Positions 34,851-44,292 of a DNA stretch of 64,000 bases are shown here, piece by piece; the first letter of the stretch is position 1; the number at the start of each line of letters is the position of its first letter. Position numbers and translations under genes: made by a program. The DNA comes from a virus. The notes under the pieces were generated by a model that saw nothing but the letters and a program-made list of their open reading frames with translations, was not told where the DNA came from and did no database searches. The stretch covers positions 241 through 64,240 of IMG/VR virus record IMGVR_UViG_3300045988_124978. One strand, written 5' to 3'.

Positions 34851-35400
34851 TAAGAAGCAATTAGTATATACCATCACAAAGGTAATAGCTTTTTTTATCG
34901 CATTTTGTTTGATTGTATTCTTGATAAGAAACATGGTGCATAACAAAGAGCACCCCTCTAATAAATGCGACACGACAAGAGTAACAATCGTAGATACGAT
35001 TCCTTACCTAAATCCTGTACCTGTAGACAGTGTAGTGTTGACTTACAAGACCGTTACACTGGCTAAGATAGGTGAAAATTCAGAATTAAAAATTCGTGCA
35101 GACACTCAATCAGGGAACAGCTATTTACAGGAGAAACCTATAATAGAGGACAGTGCAGAAGTTGAAATTCCAATCACTCAAAAAATGTATAAGAGTGACG
35201 ACTATACTGCATGGGTGAGCGGATATGACGTACAACTTGATAGTATCTATGTATATCCCAAGCATGAATATGTAGAATACAGAGAAAAGCAACCTCCCAA
35301 GAAATGGCACATTGGTGTTATGGCAGGTTATGGATATAGTCCACACGGCATGCAGCCCTATATAGGTATAGGATTAACGTATTCGTTATTTTCTTTTTGA
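34843..35400 (+). CDS. N-terminally membrane-anchored protein in lysis cassette (spanin-like candidate)
   Basis: start ATG 34843 overlaps endolysin stop; N-terminal TM VIAFFIAFCLIVFLI. Confidence 0.4.
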   Translation: MDNKKQLVYTITKVIAFFIAFCLIVFLIRNMVHNKEHPSNKCDTTRVTIVDTIPYLNPVPVDSVVLTYKTVTLAKIGENSELKIRADTQSGNSYLQEKPIIEDSAEVEIPITQKMYKSDDYTAWVSGYDVQLDSIYVYPKHEYVEYREKQPPKKWHIGVMAGYGYSPHGMQPYIGIGLTYSLFSF

Positions 35401-35401
35401 C

Positions 35402-35878
35402 ATGGAAACAATTACCATACAAGTATCAAAGGACGATGTGTATGAAGAAGTAGCCAAGGCTACAGATTACACAGGTGCAAAATTGATAAATGGCGACGAG
35501 AACGCACGCGATCGCATTCTTGCTACAGACAGCGACCTCTCAGACCTTAGTAGATTTTGGGAAGAATCAGTACTTGCCACTAACGAGAGGTTGAAAGAGA
35601 TGGTTGTGAGTGGTGAGACAAAAAGTGTTGACGTGGATAAATCTACTAAAATTGTCTACGAAGTAACATTGGAGGTTAGCAAATCGTTCGACAAGTCACT
35701 GACGGCTAATGTGCAGTCAGCCATTCGCAATTTCTTTATTGCATCCATTATTGGTCAATGGTTTAAATTTTCCAATAAAGGCGAAGCAAAGGACTATTTT
35801 AGCCAAGCAGGAGAAATGATGAATGGTGCGGAACGTTTGCTGTACAGCCGTAAGAAACCCACCCGTCCAATGGATTAA
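35402..35878 (+). CDS. hypothetical protein, paralog 1 of 3 (tandem family)
   Basis: shared C-terminal pattern I..Y/F-L....(I/V)A.W......(K).........R..P.RP with the next two genes. Confidence 0.5.
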   Translation: METITIQVSKDDVYEEVAKATDYTGAKLINGDENARDRILATDSDLSDLSRFWEESVLATNERLKEMVVSGETKSVDVDKSTKIVYEVTLEVSKSFDKSLTANVQSAIRNFFIASIIGQWFKFSNKGEAKDYFSQAGEMMNGAERLLYSRKKPTRPMD

Positions 35879-35897
35879 ACAAAACAAACAACAGAAT

Positions 35898-36410
35898 ATG
35901 GGACAAGAAAATACATTAGGTTCAAAGAAACAAGTGACGGCAACAATCAAGATAAATTGGTTGCTTTACGACATTATGAATGAGACTTTTTTGCGCGGTC
36001 GTACCATTCAGAATGCAGAGAATCACAAGGAAGTTGCCAGCATGTTTGCCTCAGAAGATGAGGAGAACCGCGAAAAAATTCTTCGCTCGATCAAGAAAGG
36101 CTTAGCCGAAGTGAAGACAGAATTGTCGGACTACCTCGATGAGGACGGAACGACCACAGATAACAGCCACTATGACGGCAGCACAGACCTAACGCTAAGC
36201 CTCAAAATGCCGAGCAACTTCAACGAGGCAGCAACCACCGGTGTTGGCGAGGCTATTCACGACTACTTGAAGAACTCAGCCATTGCCGAGTGGTACATGG
36301 TGACCAACAAGGCAGACGCTGAACAGTACATAGCTCTTGCGCAGAAGAGCATGCAGAGTATTCAGCAAGCTGTGAGCAAGCGTAGCCGTCCGAAGCGTCC
36401 AACAGAGTAA
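35898..36410 (+). CDS. hypothetical protein, paralog 2 of 3
   Basis: start set at ATG 35898 (MGQENTLGSKK...); ends ...AVSKRSRPKRPTE. Confidence 0.5.
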   Translation: MGQENTLGSKKQVTATIKINWLLYDIMNETFLRGRTIQNAENHKEVASMFASEDEENREKILRSIKKGLAEVKTELSDYLDEDGTTTDNSHYDGSTDLTLSLKMPSNFNEAATTGVGEAIHDYLKNSAIAEWYMVTNKADAEQYIALAQKSMQSIQQAVSKRSRPKRPTE

Positions 36411-36422
36411 GGAGGAACGCTT

Positions 36423-36950
36423 ATGAGTTGCTGTATGGTAAACGAGGGAGCGCAACAAAAGGTAACGCTAAATTTTATGCGCTCCCAACTACTCTATGAC
36501 ATCAAGAACAATGCCTATGTGGAGAGTCATGTAATGACACCTGATACCGAACATGCCAAGCACATGGTAGCAGACGTGGGAGAAGAAGGCAATGTGGACC
36601 GTGTTACGAGAGTATTAGATTTAGGCATATCCATGTGCCGTGAAATGCTCTATCCTTGGGCAAAGAAAGAAATTCATAAAACCGAATTTAACGATGAACT
36701 AAAGGAACGAGAGCAGTATAAGATAGTAATGAACGTGCCGAGCACAATGTCGCAAACCACTCTAACCCTTGTGGAGCGACTGATACATGAATATCTTGTG
36801 TGTAGGGGCGTAGCAGATTGGTTAAGTATAACCAATCCACAAAAGGCGGAAACGTGGCTTGCAAAAGCTGCTGAAGCCGAAACATCAATTCGCACATCTA
36901 TTCAGTCAAGAATGGAACGTGTGAGACTTAAACAACATTGGTTTTCATAA
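36423..36950 (+). CDS. hypothetical protein, paralog 3 of 3
   Basis: ends ...SIQSRMERVRLKQHWFS; same pattern as paralogs 1-2. Confidence 0.5.
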   Translation: MSCCMVNEGAQQKVTLNFMRSQLLYDIKNNAYVESHVMTPDTEHAKHMVADVGEEGNVDRVTRVLDLGISMCREMLYPWAKKEIHKTEFNDELKEREQYKIVMNVPSTMSQTTLTLVERLIHEYLVCRGVADWLSITNPQKAETWLAKAAEAETSIRTSIQSRMERVRLKQHWFS

Positions 36951-36959
36951 TATATAAGC

Positions 36960-36992
36960 AAGAGCCGAGGTGCATCACGCATCCCGGCTCTT
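36960..36992. terminator. bidirectional terminator hairpin between convergent gene blocks
   Basis: AAGAGCCG (36960-36967) pairs with CGGCTCTT (36985-36992). Confidence 0.55.
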
Positions 36993-37036
36993 TAGTTAAA
37001 TCCTAAAAACAATTAATCCTTAAGGTCCTAATATCT

Positions 37037-40000
37037 TTATCTTATTTTGTTGTTTTGTCGAGGTGCAAAACTTACAGATGCACCGAAGATATTTTCATCG
37101 GGTGAGAGTGTGGCTACACCTGCAATTCGGAAGAATTTGTAGGGAGAACCACGGAACCCCTTTAAATAGTGATCCTTGCTTGACCAAACAAGGTACCAGT
37201 TCTGCAAGTCGCGTGAACCATAGAGCACTGTAGAGACATTCCCTTTGCTAAACATTCCACGCTGAATAAGTGTGTCGATAGTTTTCAGCACATTTGCTGC
37301 TTCGAGCTTTAGCGGACGAGTAACATATAGGCACTTAACAGCTTCAGCGTTTTGTACAGAGAAGTTTAGTACATTGTTGTTATCATCTATTGCCAATGCT
37401 TCGGGGTAGGAGTTAATGTGCGAAGTGATGTTAGAGAACATCATTCCCCATTGTTTTGTTTTCAGCGAAAGAACGTAAGCGTATGTAATGTTTGGTGCGT
37501 AAACAATGATGCGTTGGTGCACGTAGTCGTAGAGCATTTGACACTGCTTTAAGAACTCGCTAAAGGGTAGGGTAGGCAAGCATTTGTCAGTGCTCGGCTT
37601 GTGATTGAGCATGTTGTGTAGCTTTTCAAAAGCTGGCAGTTTGCGCACATCGAACGGATATTCAGAGTTGATGGCTTCGGAAATGCACTGCGCTTGTGAA
37701 CCGCTAAGCAGCATTATTCCGCGATCTGTTGGAAATATTACAGCCGAGTCGAGTTGTGTGACAGCATTGTTATTTATACATACGTCGCGCGTGATGGGTT
37801 GTCTAGCTGTGTATGTTCCTGTTGTGGAAACCTCTAAAGCCCACACACCCTCGGATGTAAATGCGTAGAGGGGGAATTGTCCGAACTGCCCTTGCGAGAG
37901 AGCCTTTGCAGCAGAAGAGAGTGCTTTGATTTTTTGTACCCCCAATGAAGTCATAAGACTTGATGGGAAAAGGAATGGTGTTGCCACATTGCTTTGTAAC
38001 ACTGCGTTGGGGTAGTGCGAAATGTCGTCAACTTGTGCGCATGCTGCGTTGTCGCTATTGACCACGGATGTGATGACCATTGAACCGTCTATGGTGTCTG
38101 CCATCCAGTAGGCACCATTTAAGATTGGGTGCTGTTTGAGGTTGAGGCCAGCGATGTTTGTTTTATTGTCTGTTCCTTTAAAATAGAGCACGGCTCTGTA
38201 GGCTCCATTGTGTGGATAGAAGAACCAGGTTGTGTCGGTTGAGTAGTTGTAATCACCTTCATCTGCATTACACTCAACAATACGTTCTCCCTGCGCTGTG
38301 CGTATAAAGACTTGCAATTTGTATAGTTCTCCGTAGCTATCGTAACGGTAGATTTGTCCGTTTTGTCGGCTTGGAACAGTTGGTTTTGCGTGTTGCAGGT
38401 TGTAGTCGAAAAGATGAAGTCTTTGATTGTAAGTTGTGAGGTGTGCGTTAAGGAATGTACAATTAGATAGTTGGTCGTCGGACAATGGCTGTCGTACTAC
38501 CAACGAAGAAAGCGTGCCTTCTTTGAGCTTGATTGTGGTGTAATTTTCAGTGCCTGTATCATCAACGCCTTTTTTTATTTCGTCGAAGTCAAAAGAGTGT
38601 GCGAGGTAGAATTGGCTTACGTTCTCTAACTTTTCTCTTGTGTTTTCGACAGGTGCGATTTTGATAATTTGCCAATTTACGCGCACGTTGAAATCGCCAA
38701 AGTTGAAAACGTCTTTTGCTACGTCGTATAGATCTTGTTTTGCTCGTCCGTAATAATGGTTGTAATACTCATCAGGCAAGTCAACATAACCATAGCTTGT
38801 TCCTTCGACTTGGTTAATATTGTTTTCCTTTCTGATTAGTGCGTATGAGAACAAGTTTTTAGAAGCATCGAAATTAGCTCCTTGATTGTATGGGTAAACT
38901 TGTTCGGACACAAACACATCTACACCAGAGACAATATCTTTCCACTTCTCTTCTATACTATTGAGGAATAAACACTGTAAGTCGGCAATGAATGCGTATA
39001 GATAAAGTTTATTATCTCCATAATTAAACGAAATAAATGGTGCATAGCCAGAGTTCGGAATCATCAATATTGGTTCGGAAATACGTGCGTGAGAACCATC
39101 GCTGAGGCGTAATGCGTAGCGGATGAAGAATGGGTAGATAAACTTGTCTTTGTTTGTGGCTTGTTCAGCTACGAACTTGTTGATTACTGCTGCTATTGCT
39201 GTGTAATTGCTATCGTTATATTCTATAACTTTACCTGTAAAGCTTTTCTCAAAACCTTCAAGAATTTCGATTGTTCCGCTTGCTTTTGTTGGCGTTTCTA
39301 AATTGCTATCATATAACCTAATTCTGAAAGAAGACTTATGTGTATCTGGAAATTTAATTATGGTTTCACGGTTTCTGCGTACCACACAAATTGCTTCGTA
39401 TTCATTTGTAGTGTTATTTTGTGCAAACAGTGTAAGGGTATTAAAACCACTTCCACCTACCTTGATTTTGTATTCGTGTCCAGACTTTAGATCTTGCGAA
39501 AATGAAATGTCAAATATTTTTAAGTCTTTTTCGTTTGAGTATGTGAACGATTTATTTGTGTAGTCGGTCCATGATGCTTCAGCCGAGCTATAGTCATTGT
39601 AAGAAACATTTGTAACATGATTGTATGATACAGGTTTTGCCGAGAGCGCAAACTTTATGTCCACCTTAGGCAGTTCTGTGCCGAGGTTGATGTATCGATT
39701 GTTCTTGAAATAGCAATAATGAAGGTGTTTATTGGTTGAGACTATAAGCATATTGCCAATAGCATTTATGTCTACCATTGTTTCGTCTTGCAGCAACGAA
39801 AGAAACGCATCCCTGCTTTTGTGGTACGAGAATATGGTGTACCCATTTGCTTCGTGGGTTGTGATGTAGTTAATATAACCATTTCCCTTATGGATATAGA
39901 CAACCTTACGTCCTTTATCAAGGGTAAATTTAGTAGAAGGGCTGAGAATAGGTTTTAAAGCTCCCTCTTCAGGTATGAGGTTGATGGACGCAGCAAGTGC

Positions 40001-40066
40001 ACCATCGGCACATTCATAGTCGGATGGTGCAACAGAAAAACCGCTGTATTTAATTTCTTGGTTCAT
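37037..40066 (-). CDS. large hypothetical protein (1009 aa), candidate tail/structural or host-interaction protein
   Basis: long ORF, no recognisable catalytic motif; N/Y/S-rich (beta-rich-like) composition. Confidence 0.6.
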   Translation of the reverse strand: MNQEIKYSGFSVAPSDYECADGALAASINLIPEEGALKPILSPSTKFTLDKGRKVVYIHKGNGYINYITTHEANGYTIFSYHKSRDAFLSLLQDETMVDINAIGNMLIVSTNKHLHYCYFKNNRYINLGTELPKVDIKFALSAKPVSYNHVTNVSYNDYSSAEASWTDYTNKSFTYSNEKDLKIFDISFSQDLKSGHEYKIKVGGSGFNTLTLFAQNNTTNEYEAICVVRRNRETIIKFPDTHKSSFRIRLYDSNLETPTKASGTIEILEGFEKSFTGKVIEYNDSNYTAIAAVINKFVAEQATNKDKFIYPFFIRYALRLSDGSHARISEPILMIPNSGYAPFISFNYGDNKLYLYAFIADLQCLFLNSIEEKWKDIVSGVDVFVSEQVYPYNQGANFDASKNLFSYALIRKENNINQVEGTSYGYVDLPDEYYNHYYGRAKQDLYDVAKDVFNFGDFNVRVNWQIIKIAPVENTREKLENVSQFYLAHSFDFDEIKKGVDDTGTENYTTIKLKEGTLSSLVVRQPLSDDQLSNCTFLNAHLTTYNQRLHLFDYNLQHAKPTVPSRQNGQIYRYDSYGELYKLQVFIRTAQGERIVECNADEGDYNYSTDTTWFFYPHNGAYRAVLYFKGTDNKTNIAGLNLKQHPILNGAYWMADTIDGSMVITSVVNSDNAACAQVDDISHYPNAVLQSNVATPFLFPSSLMTSLGVQKIKALSSAAKALSQGQFGQFPLYAFTSEGVWALEVSTTGTYTARQPITRDVCINNNAVTQLDSAVIFPTDRGIMLLSGSQAQCISEAINSEYPFDVRKLPAFEKLHNMLNHKPSTDKCLPTLPFSEFLKQCQMLYDYVHQRIIVYAPNITYAYVLSLKTKQWGMMFSNITSHINSYPEALAIDDNNNVLNFSVQNAEAVKCLYVTRPLKLEAANVLKTIDTLIQRGMFSKGNVSTVLYGSRDLQNWYLVWSSKDHYLKGFRGSPYKFFRIAGVATLSPDENIFGASVSFAPRQNNKIR

Positions 40067-40611
40067 AGCAATGGGTCTTTGTAAATTATTGGAACAATCG
40101 TTTCTCCGTAGTTGTTATCTTCTGGCAGTCCAACAGCGAATGAAGCTTTGTCTTTTGTAATACCGCATTTGTCGAGCATGAGCCGTGCGAGTTGTACGGA
40201 ACTTGCGGAATAGTTGTTTGAGCCTTTTTTTGTGCGGTGGCATTGTGCTATGTGTCGTCCTACTGCATTTGGATGTCGTACGGACAGTAGATAGCATTCG
40301 CCAAGATGGAATGCTATGTTAATGCTATCACCGGGGTGCAGAGATAACATCCTGGCAACCCTTGCCGTAATGGATATGCGACCATTGCGACAGAATGTAA
40401 TGTCGGGACGTCGTGTCAGTTCCAATAGTTTTATCATATATATTGCAAAGATATAGGGGTGTTGGTTAATGGTAGTTTTAAGTTTAGGATAATGACGTTC
40501 AACCCACCATGTTATGCGATGATGAGTTGAACGTAGAAGTGAAACTCTTTGCAGAGTCGCTTGATTTGTGGGTAATCGTCGGGAGATAGGGTGTAGGGGA
40601 GGTATATGCAC
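40063..40611 (-). CDS. hypothetical protein (start uncertain)
   Basis: 182-aa ORF overlapping 1009-aa gene start by 4 nt. Confidence 0.35.
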   Translation of the reverse strand: MHIPPLHPISRRLPTNQATLQRVSLLRSTHHRITWWVERHYPKLKTTINQHPYIFAIYMIKLLELTRRPDITFCRNGRISITARVARMLSLHPGDSINIAFHLGECYLLSVRHPNAVGRHIAQCHRTKKGSNNYSASSVQLARLMLDKCGITKDKASFAVGLPEDNNYGETIVPIIYKDPLL

Positions 40612-40691
40612 CGCTCCTTGGTGTTGCAGTGTATGCCTCTCCTACGTAGTTTGTAAAGCAGATTAGCTCTGCGTTTGGGATGGCGCATGAA

Positions 40692-41132
40692 TTACATGCT
40701 AATGCCTAATCCAAGTAAAGGCAACATCATTTCAAATTGTCTCCCTTCATCGCCCTGCTTGTAGAACTCAGGAGAAATGATGGTGAACCCTTTCTTTTTC
40801 AAGTTCTCTATTTTGGCTGCAACATCCTCCAACATTTTGTCGTCAGCTCCACCAAGAGTTAGCAGAGAAATAGTCTTGTTGATACTTCCATGAGTTAAGG
40901 GGAAACACACCATTGCGACTTGTCCCTCATCACACACGTTGTAGGAACTCTCGAACACCTGCTTAGGCGACCAAGAGTCGTAGGTTGTGCCGTCGGGGTT
41001 GGTGTACTGCACGTGATAGCCTTCACGCCATTCGTGGTTGTCCTCGTTCTTGCGAGCGTAACCTTTCTCTACTGCGGCCAATTCGTTCATAGGTTCGGCC
41101 TTAACCTGTTTAGTTCCGATGTAAGTTTTCAT
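40692..41132 (-). CDS. hypothetical protein
   Basis: 146-aa ORF downstream of SPFH gene. Confidence 0.45.
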   Translation of the reverse strand: MKTYIGTKQVKAEPMNELAAVEKGYARKNEDNHEWREGYHVQYTNPDGTTYDSWSPKQVFESSYNVCDEGQVAMVCFPLTHGSINKTISLLTLGGADDKMLEDVAAKIENLKKKGFTIISPEFYKQGDEGRQFEMMLPLLGLGISM

Positions 41133-41237
41133 TGTTATGCTGTTTTAAATTTCTCCTTTTATTTCTGCAATCAATTCATCTTTGTGAATAGGTGTCATGC
41201 CCCGATTGTGGTGTGGGGCATGACACTTATAGGTGTT

Positions 41238-42020
41238 TTACTTTGCAATCATGAGTTGTGGTACGTTGCCGTAGACTGGTAGTTTTCCGTCCCACTTTTC
41301 TATCCACATTTTTTTAAGAATAGCTGGGGTGAGTGTTGCAGATTTGAGTTCGTTTGCTTCTTTTTCTGCGCGTGCTTGTACGAGCATCTTTTCCGCTTCA
41401 GCCTTTTTTACTGCAACTTCGTTGAGTGCTCGTTGTGCTTCTTGTATAGCTTTGTTCTTTTGGTTGACAGCCTCTACGATGGATTTGGGGTATTTGAGTC
41501 CAGAGGTGAGTTGTTCGAGATGGAAGTGTTCGTTGGCGAGTGCACTGCTTAGTTGTGTTTCGATGGCACGTTCAACCAGGTCTCTGTTGCTAACGATTTG
41601 GTCGGTGGTGTATTTGTTGAGCTGAATGCGGAATGCGTCCTTTACGTAGTTAAAGAGTGTTCCGTTGATGATGTCGTTGAGTTCTTTGCGGTATTTTTTG
41701 AATACTTTTGGCGCATTGCCATCGACCATTTTTAGTGACACGGTTGGGTCGACCGTGAACTCTGAACCATCTTTGGCGTTGATGGTGAATGCTGGGTAGT
41801 CGATAGTTTGAACGAATGTGGGGTATTCGTAGACTTCTTCGGTGAATGGGTTGTACCAAACGCGTCCTGTGACGAGGCTCACATCGTCGACGCCTTTTTC
41901 GGATCCATAGAGATTGACGAGGATGCCTTCGGAGCCTGCGTCGATTCGTTCGCTGCAAGATGTTAGGAAGAGTGCTGCGAAGATTAGTGCGAACGTGCAC
42001 ATTGAATTAAACTTTTTCAT
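41238..42020 (-). CDS. SPFH/Band-7 (HflC/stomatin-like) domain lipoprotein
   Basis: signal peptide plus lipobox LTSC; Band-7-like core ...RIQLNKYTTDQIVSNRDLVE... followed by Ala/Glu-rich coiled coil AEAEKMLVQARAEKEANE. Confidence 0.65.
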   Translation of the reverse strand: MKKFNSMCTFALIFAALFLTSCSERIDAGSEGILVNLYGSEKGVDDVSLVTGRVWYNPFTEEVYEYPTFVQTIDYPAFTINAKDGSEFTVDPTVSLKMVDGNAPKVFKKYRKELNDIINGTLFNYVKDAFRIQLNKYTTDQIVSNRDLVERAIETQLSSALANEHFHLEQLTSGLKYPKSIVEAVNQKNKAIQEAQRALNEVAVKKAEAEKMLVQARAEKEANELKSATLTPAILKKMWIEKWDGKLPVYGNVPQLMIAK

Positions 42021-42210
42021 TGTTTTTTTTGTTTTTAAAAGTTAGACAATTTGTTGCGATGGAGAGAAGTATCCAGAACAACAAGATGGTTATGCTAATT
42101 AAGTTTGTGGCGGTGCATGGTTTGCTAACGCCTCGTAGTGTTGCGCTGACGATGATGAGGGTTATTACAACCCACGCCACGAATGCAGCGATTTTGTAGT
42201 TAATATTCAT
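42007..42210 (-). CDS. small two-TM membrane protein
   Basis: 67 aa; start overlaps SPFH gene stop region; operon-like chain. Confidence 0.4.
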   Translation of the reverse strand: MNINYKIAAFVAWVVITLIIVSATLRGVSKPCTATNLISITILLFWILLSIATNCLTFKNKKNNEKV

Positions 42211-42452
42211 TTTATAATTCTTTTTTTTCGTAGAACTTTTTCGTTGTGGGCTGCAATCTCACTAAACAATTTGCCATCGTTATAGCCTTGCTGCTCTCCA
42301 GCAGCGAAGCCTTTTTTGTAGCCATCGTCATAGGCATTGCGAACAGCTTTGTCTAAATTATCTTTTTGAAAGCGTCTTTGTTTACCAAATATCAGCCCTA
42401 TCAGTAGGATTGATGTGGTAGTAATAAGATAGAAAATTATCATTCCAATCAT
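42207..42452 (-). CDS. small protein with N-terminal TM segment
   Basis: 81 aa; ATGA overlaps on both sides. Confidence 0.4.
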   Translation of the reverse strand: MIGMIIFYLITTTSILLIGLIFGKQRRFQKDNLDKAVRNAYDDGYKKGFAAGEQQGYNDGKLFSEIAAHNEKVLRKKRIIK

Positions 42453-42673
42453 AATGTATCTTTGTTAAGTTCGTCAATTAAGTTTAAAGCGCGTGAGTGA
42501 GCCACCCAATCGCAATAATCGTCAAACTCTTTGATTGTTACCCATATAAATGGGAAAATGCGCATTTGCACTGCGTATACGTTGTAGCATGGAGCGACAT
42601 CCATGTACTGGGTATTCAGCCAAGTGTCTACGTCCTCGCGCTGAGTAGTCTTAATTCTGTATTTTCTTTTCAT
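42449..42673 (-). CDS. hypothetical small protein
   Basis: 74 aa; overlapping start/stop chain. Confidence 0.4.
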   Translation of the reverse strand: MKRKYRIKTTQREDVDTWLNTQYMDVAPCYNVYAVQMRIFPFIWVTIKEFDDYCDWVAHSRALNLIDELNKDTL

Positions 42674-43026
42674 TTAAAATCCTCCTTTATTTCGAGTAGT
42701 TCAATTATTTCTTTTTCGTATTTCTCCCAATCTTCGTTGAACATTTTTCCGCCTTCGCGACCATTCAGGAAAGTTTGGGAAAAATCGCGTGTGTATTTGC
42801 ACATTTCATCAATGCTCTTATTGAATTGCTTCTTATCTTCGCCAAGCAGTAAGCCGTGCTTTTTCAATTTCTCGCCTGCTTCATCATAGAAGTCTTGCGC
42901 AATCACAAAGAGCAAGAATGCTGAACTAATTAGTCTGTCGCACTTATCCAGTGTGCCATCAGCTTTTGCTTCTTCGATTATTTTTTTTCTCGTTTTCATT
43001 GTTCGTTTTTTTCGTTTTATTCGCAA
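42670..43026 (-). CDS. hypothetical protein
   Basis: 118 aa. Confidence 0.4.
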   Translation of the reverse strand: MRIKRKKRTMKTRKKIIEEAKADGTLDKCDRLISSAFLLFVIAQDFYDEAGEKLKKHGLLLGEDKKQFNKSIDEMCKYTRDFSQTFLNGREGGKMFNEDWEKYEKEIIELLEIKEDFK

Positions 43027-43333
43027 TCATGCTAAATCGGCAACCTTTTAACCACGATTTTAGATTGATGTTGCCTTTAGTTTCGCCATATTTGATGTTG
43101 GCATCGCGCCATTCGGCATACTCATCATAGGTGAGGTTGGCTTTAAGAATGAGTACCATTTCTTCGGGGGTAAGGAAGTCGGTATCTCCGAAATCGCACG
43201 TACCGCCTACTTCGTTGGCTACCCAATAGGGGGCGCGTATGCCATTAAATAGTTGTTTGTTGACGGCATTGGCAAGTGCATTGCATGCGGTGTAAAACTG
43301 CTGAACAAGTTGGTATGTGTGGGGTTGGCTCAT
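42959..43333 (-). CDS. hypothetical protein
   Basis: start set at Met (MSQPHTYQ...) giving an ATGA junction with the upstream gene. Confidence 0.4.
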   Translation of the reverse strand: MSQPHTYQLVQQFYTACNALANAVNKQLFNGIRAPYWVANEVGGTCDFGDTDFLTPEEMVLILKANLTYDEYAEWRDANIKYGETKGNINLKSWLKGCRFSMIANKTKKTNNENEKKNNRRSKS

Positions 43334-43794
43334 TGTTCGGGGTCGTTTGTTGTTCCTAATAGATGTTCGTTGCCCTCGAACGGAATGCACTGATGCCAAT
43401 ACGAGCTAACGCACACATAATAGTCATCCTCGTCCATACTACTGAAAAAGTTGCACTGCCATACATATCCATCCCCATATCGCACAAGCACCTTATCAAA
43501 TGGCTTGAACTGATGTTTGGTTTCTTGGTCATTAACTTGGTCGGGCACGATAAACTTTCTCCAATCGCGTTGGTCGCGAGATGGAAAAAGCATACATTCA
43601 GAATCAGGATAATTTGGGTAATATCTGCCATCGCTTGCGAAGAACTCTAGCCCTCCATCTGTCGTTATCACACAAACAATAGGATATTCTACACCGTCGA
43701 GTTCTTCGACTTTATACAATTCTACCTCTCCATAAAGTGGACTATACAACTTCGTTCCTTTCGGGTAATTTTTTAAAATTTCTGCAACATTCAT
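43330..43794 (-). CDS. hypothetical protein, family C (paralog of 46973..47446)
   Basis: MNVAEILKNYPKGTKLYS... and ...DQVNDQETKHQFKPFDKVLVR shared with the paralog. Confidence 0.55.
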   Translation of the reverse strand: MNVAEILKNYPKGTKLYSPLYGEVELYKVEELDGVEYPIVCVITTDGGLEFFASDGRYYPNYPDSECMLFPSRDQRDWRKFIVPDQVNDQETKHQFKPFDKVLVRYGDGYVWQCNFFSSMDEDDYYVCVSSYWHQCIPFEGNEHLLGTTNDPEQ

Positions 43795-43815
43795 TGTTGT
43801 TTGTTTTGAGTTATG

Positions 43816-44292
43816 TTATTCTTTTACTTTAATTCCGTAGTAATCGAAGAATATGCTCTCAAATTGCTTGGCTGCGTAGAGGGCGGATTCTTCGCTGTTA
43901 AAGCATAAGGGGAAACCATAATGCGTAAGAAAAAACACACCACGATCACACGAAGCTGGACAGCGGATACCCGAAAATTCCGTATCAAGCGCAACTGCAC
44001 AGGAGGAGATCTGCCTAATACCAATTCTCCGCATCTCCTCATCACTCATGCGCTTCATGTCTTCCTTGGCGTAGGGCACCCAGTAAGGATAATAGCTCCA
44101 GCCATCCTTATCACGCCACTTGTCATTGTTAATAGCCTTTTGAATAATCATTAACTTATAGAGCGCATTTGCTTGCAAGAATGCTTCGGTATCGCCTAAC
44201 GAATCTACAAGCAGAGATTCTGCACTAATTCCCAACCGCTTGCAAGCATCCTCAAATGTCTTGATGTCGTGAAAGTCAAATTCTTTATTATC
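43816..44292 (-). CDS. hypothetical protein, family B (paralog of 46491..46970)
   Basis: NKEFDFHDIKTFEDACKR...FGFPLCFNSEE..ALYAA.QFE..FF.YYGI.VKE shared with the paralog. Confidence 0.55.
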   Translation of the reverse strand, partial: DNKEFDFHDIKTFEDACKRLGISAESLLVDSLGDTEAFLQANALYKLMIIQKAINNDKWRDKDGWSYYPYWVPYAKEDMKRMSDEEMRRIGIRQISSCAVALDTEFSGIRCPASCDRGVFFLTHYGFPLCFNSEESALYAAKQFESIFFDYYGIKVKE

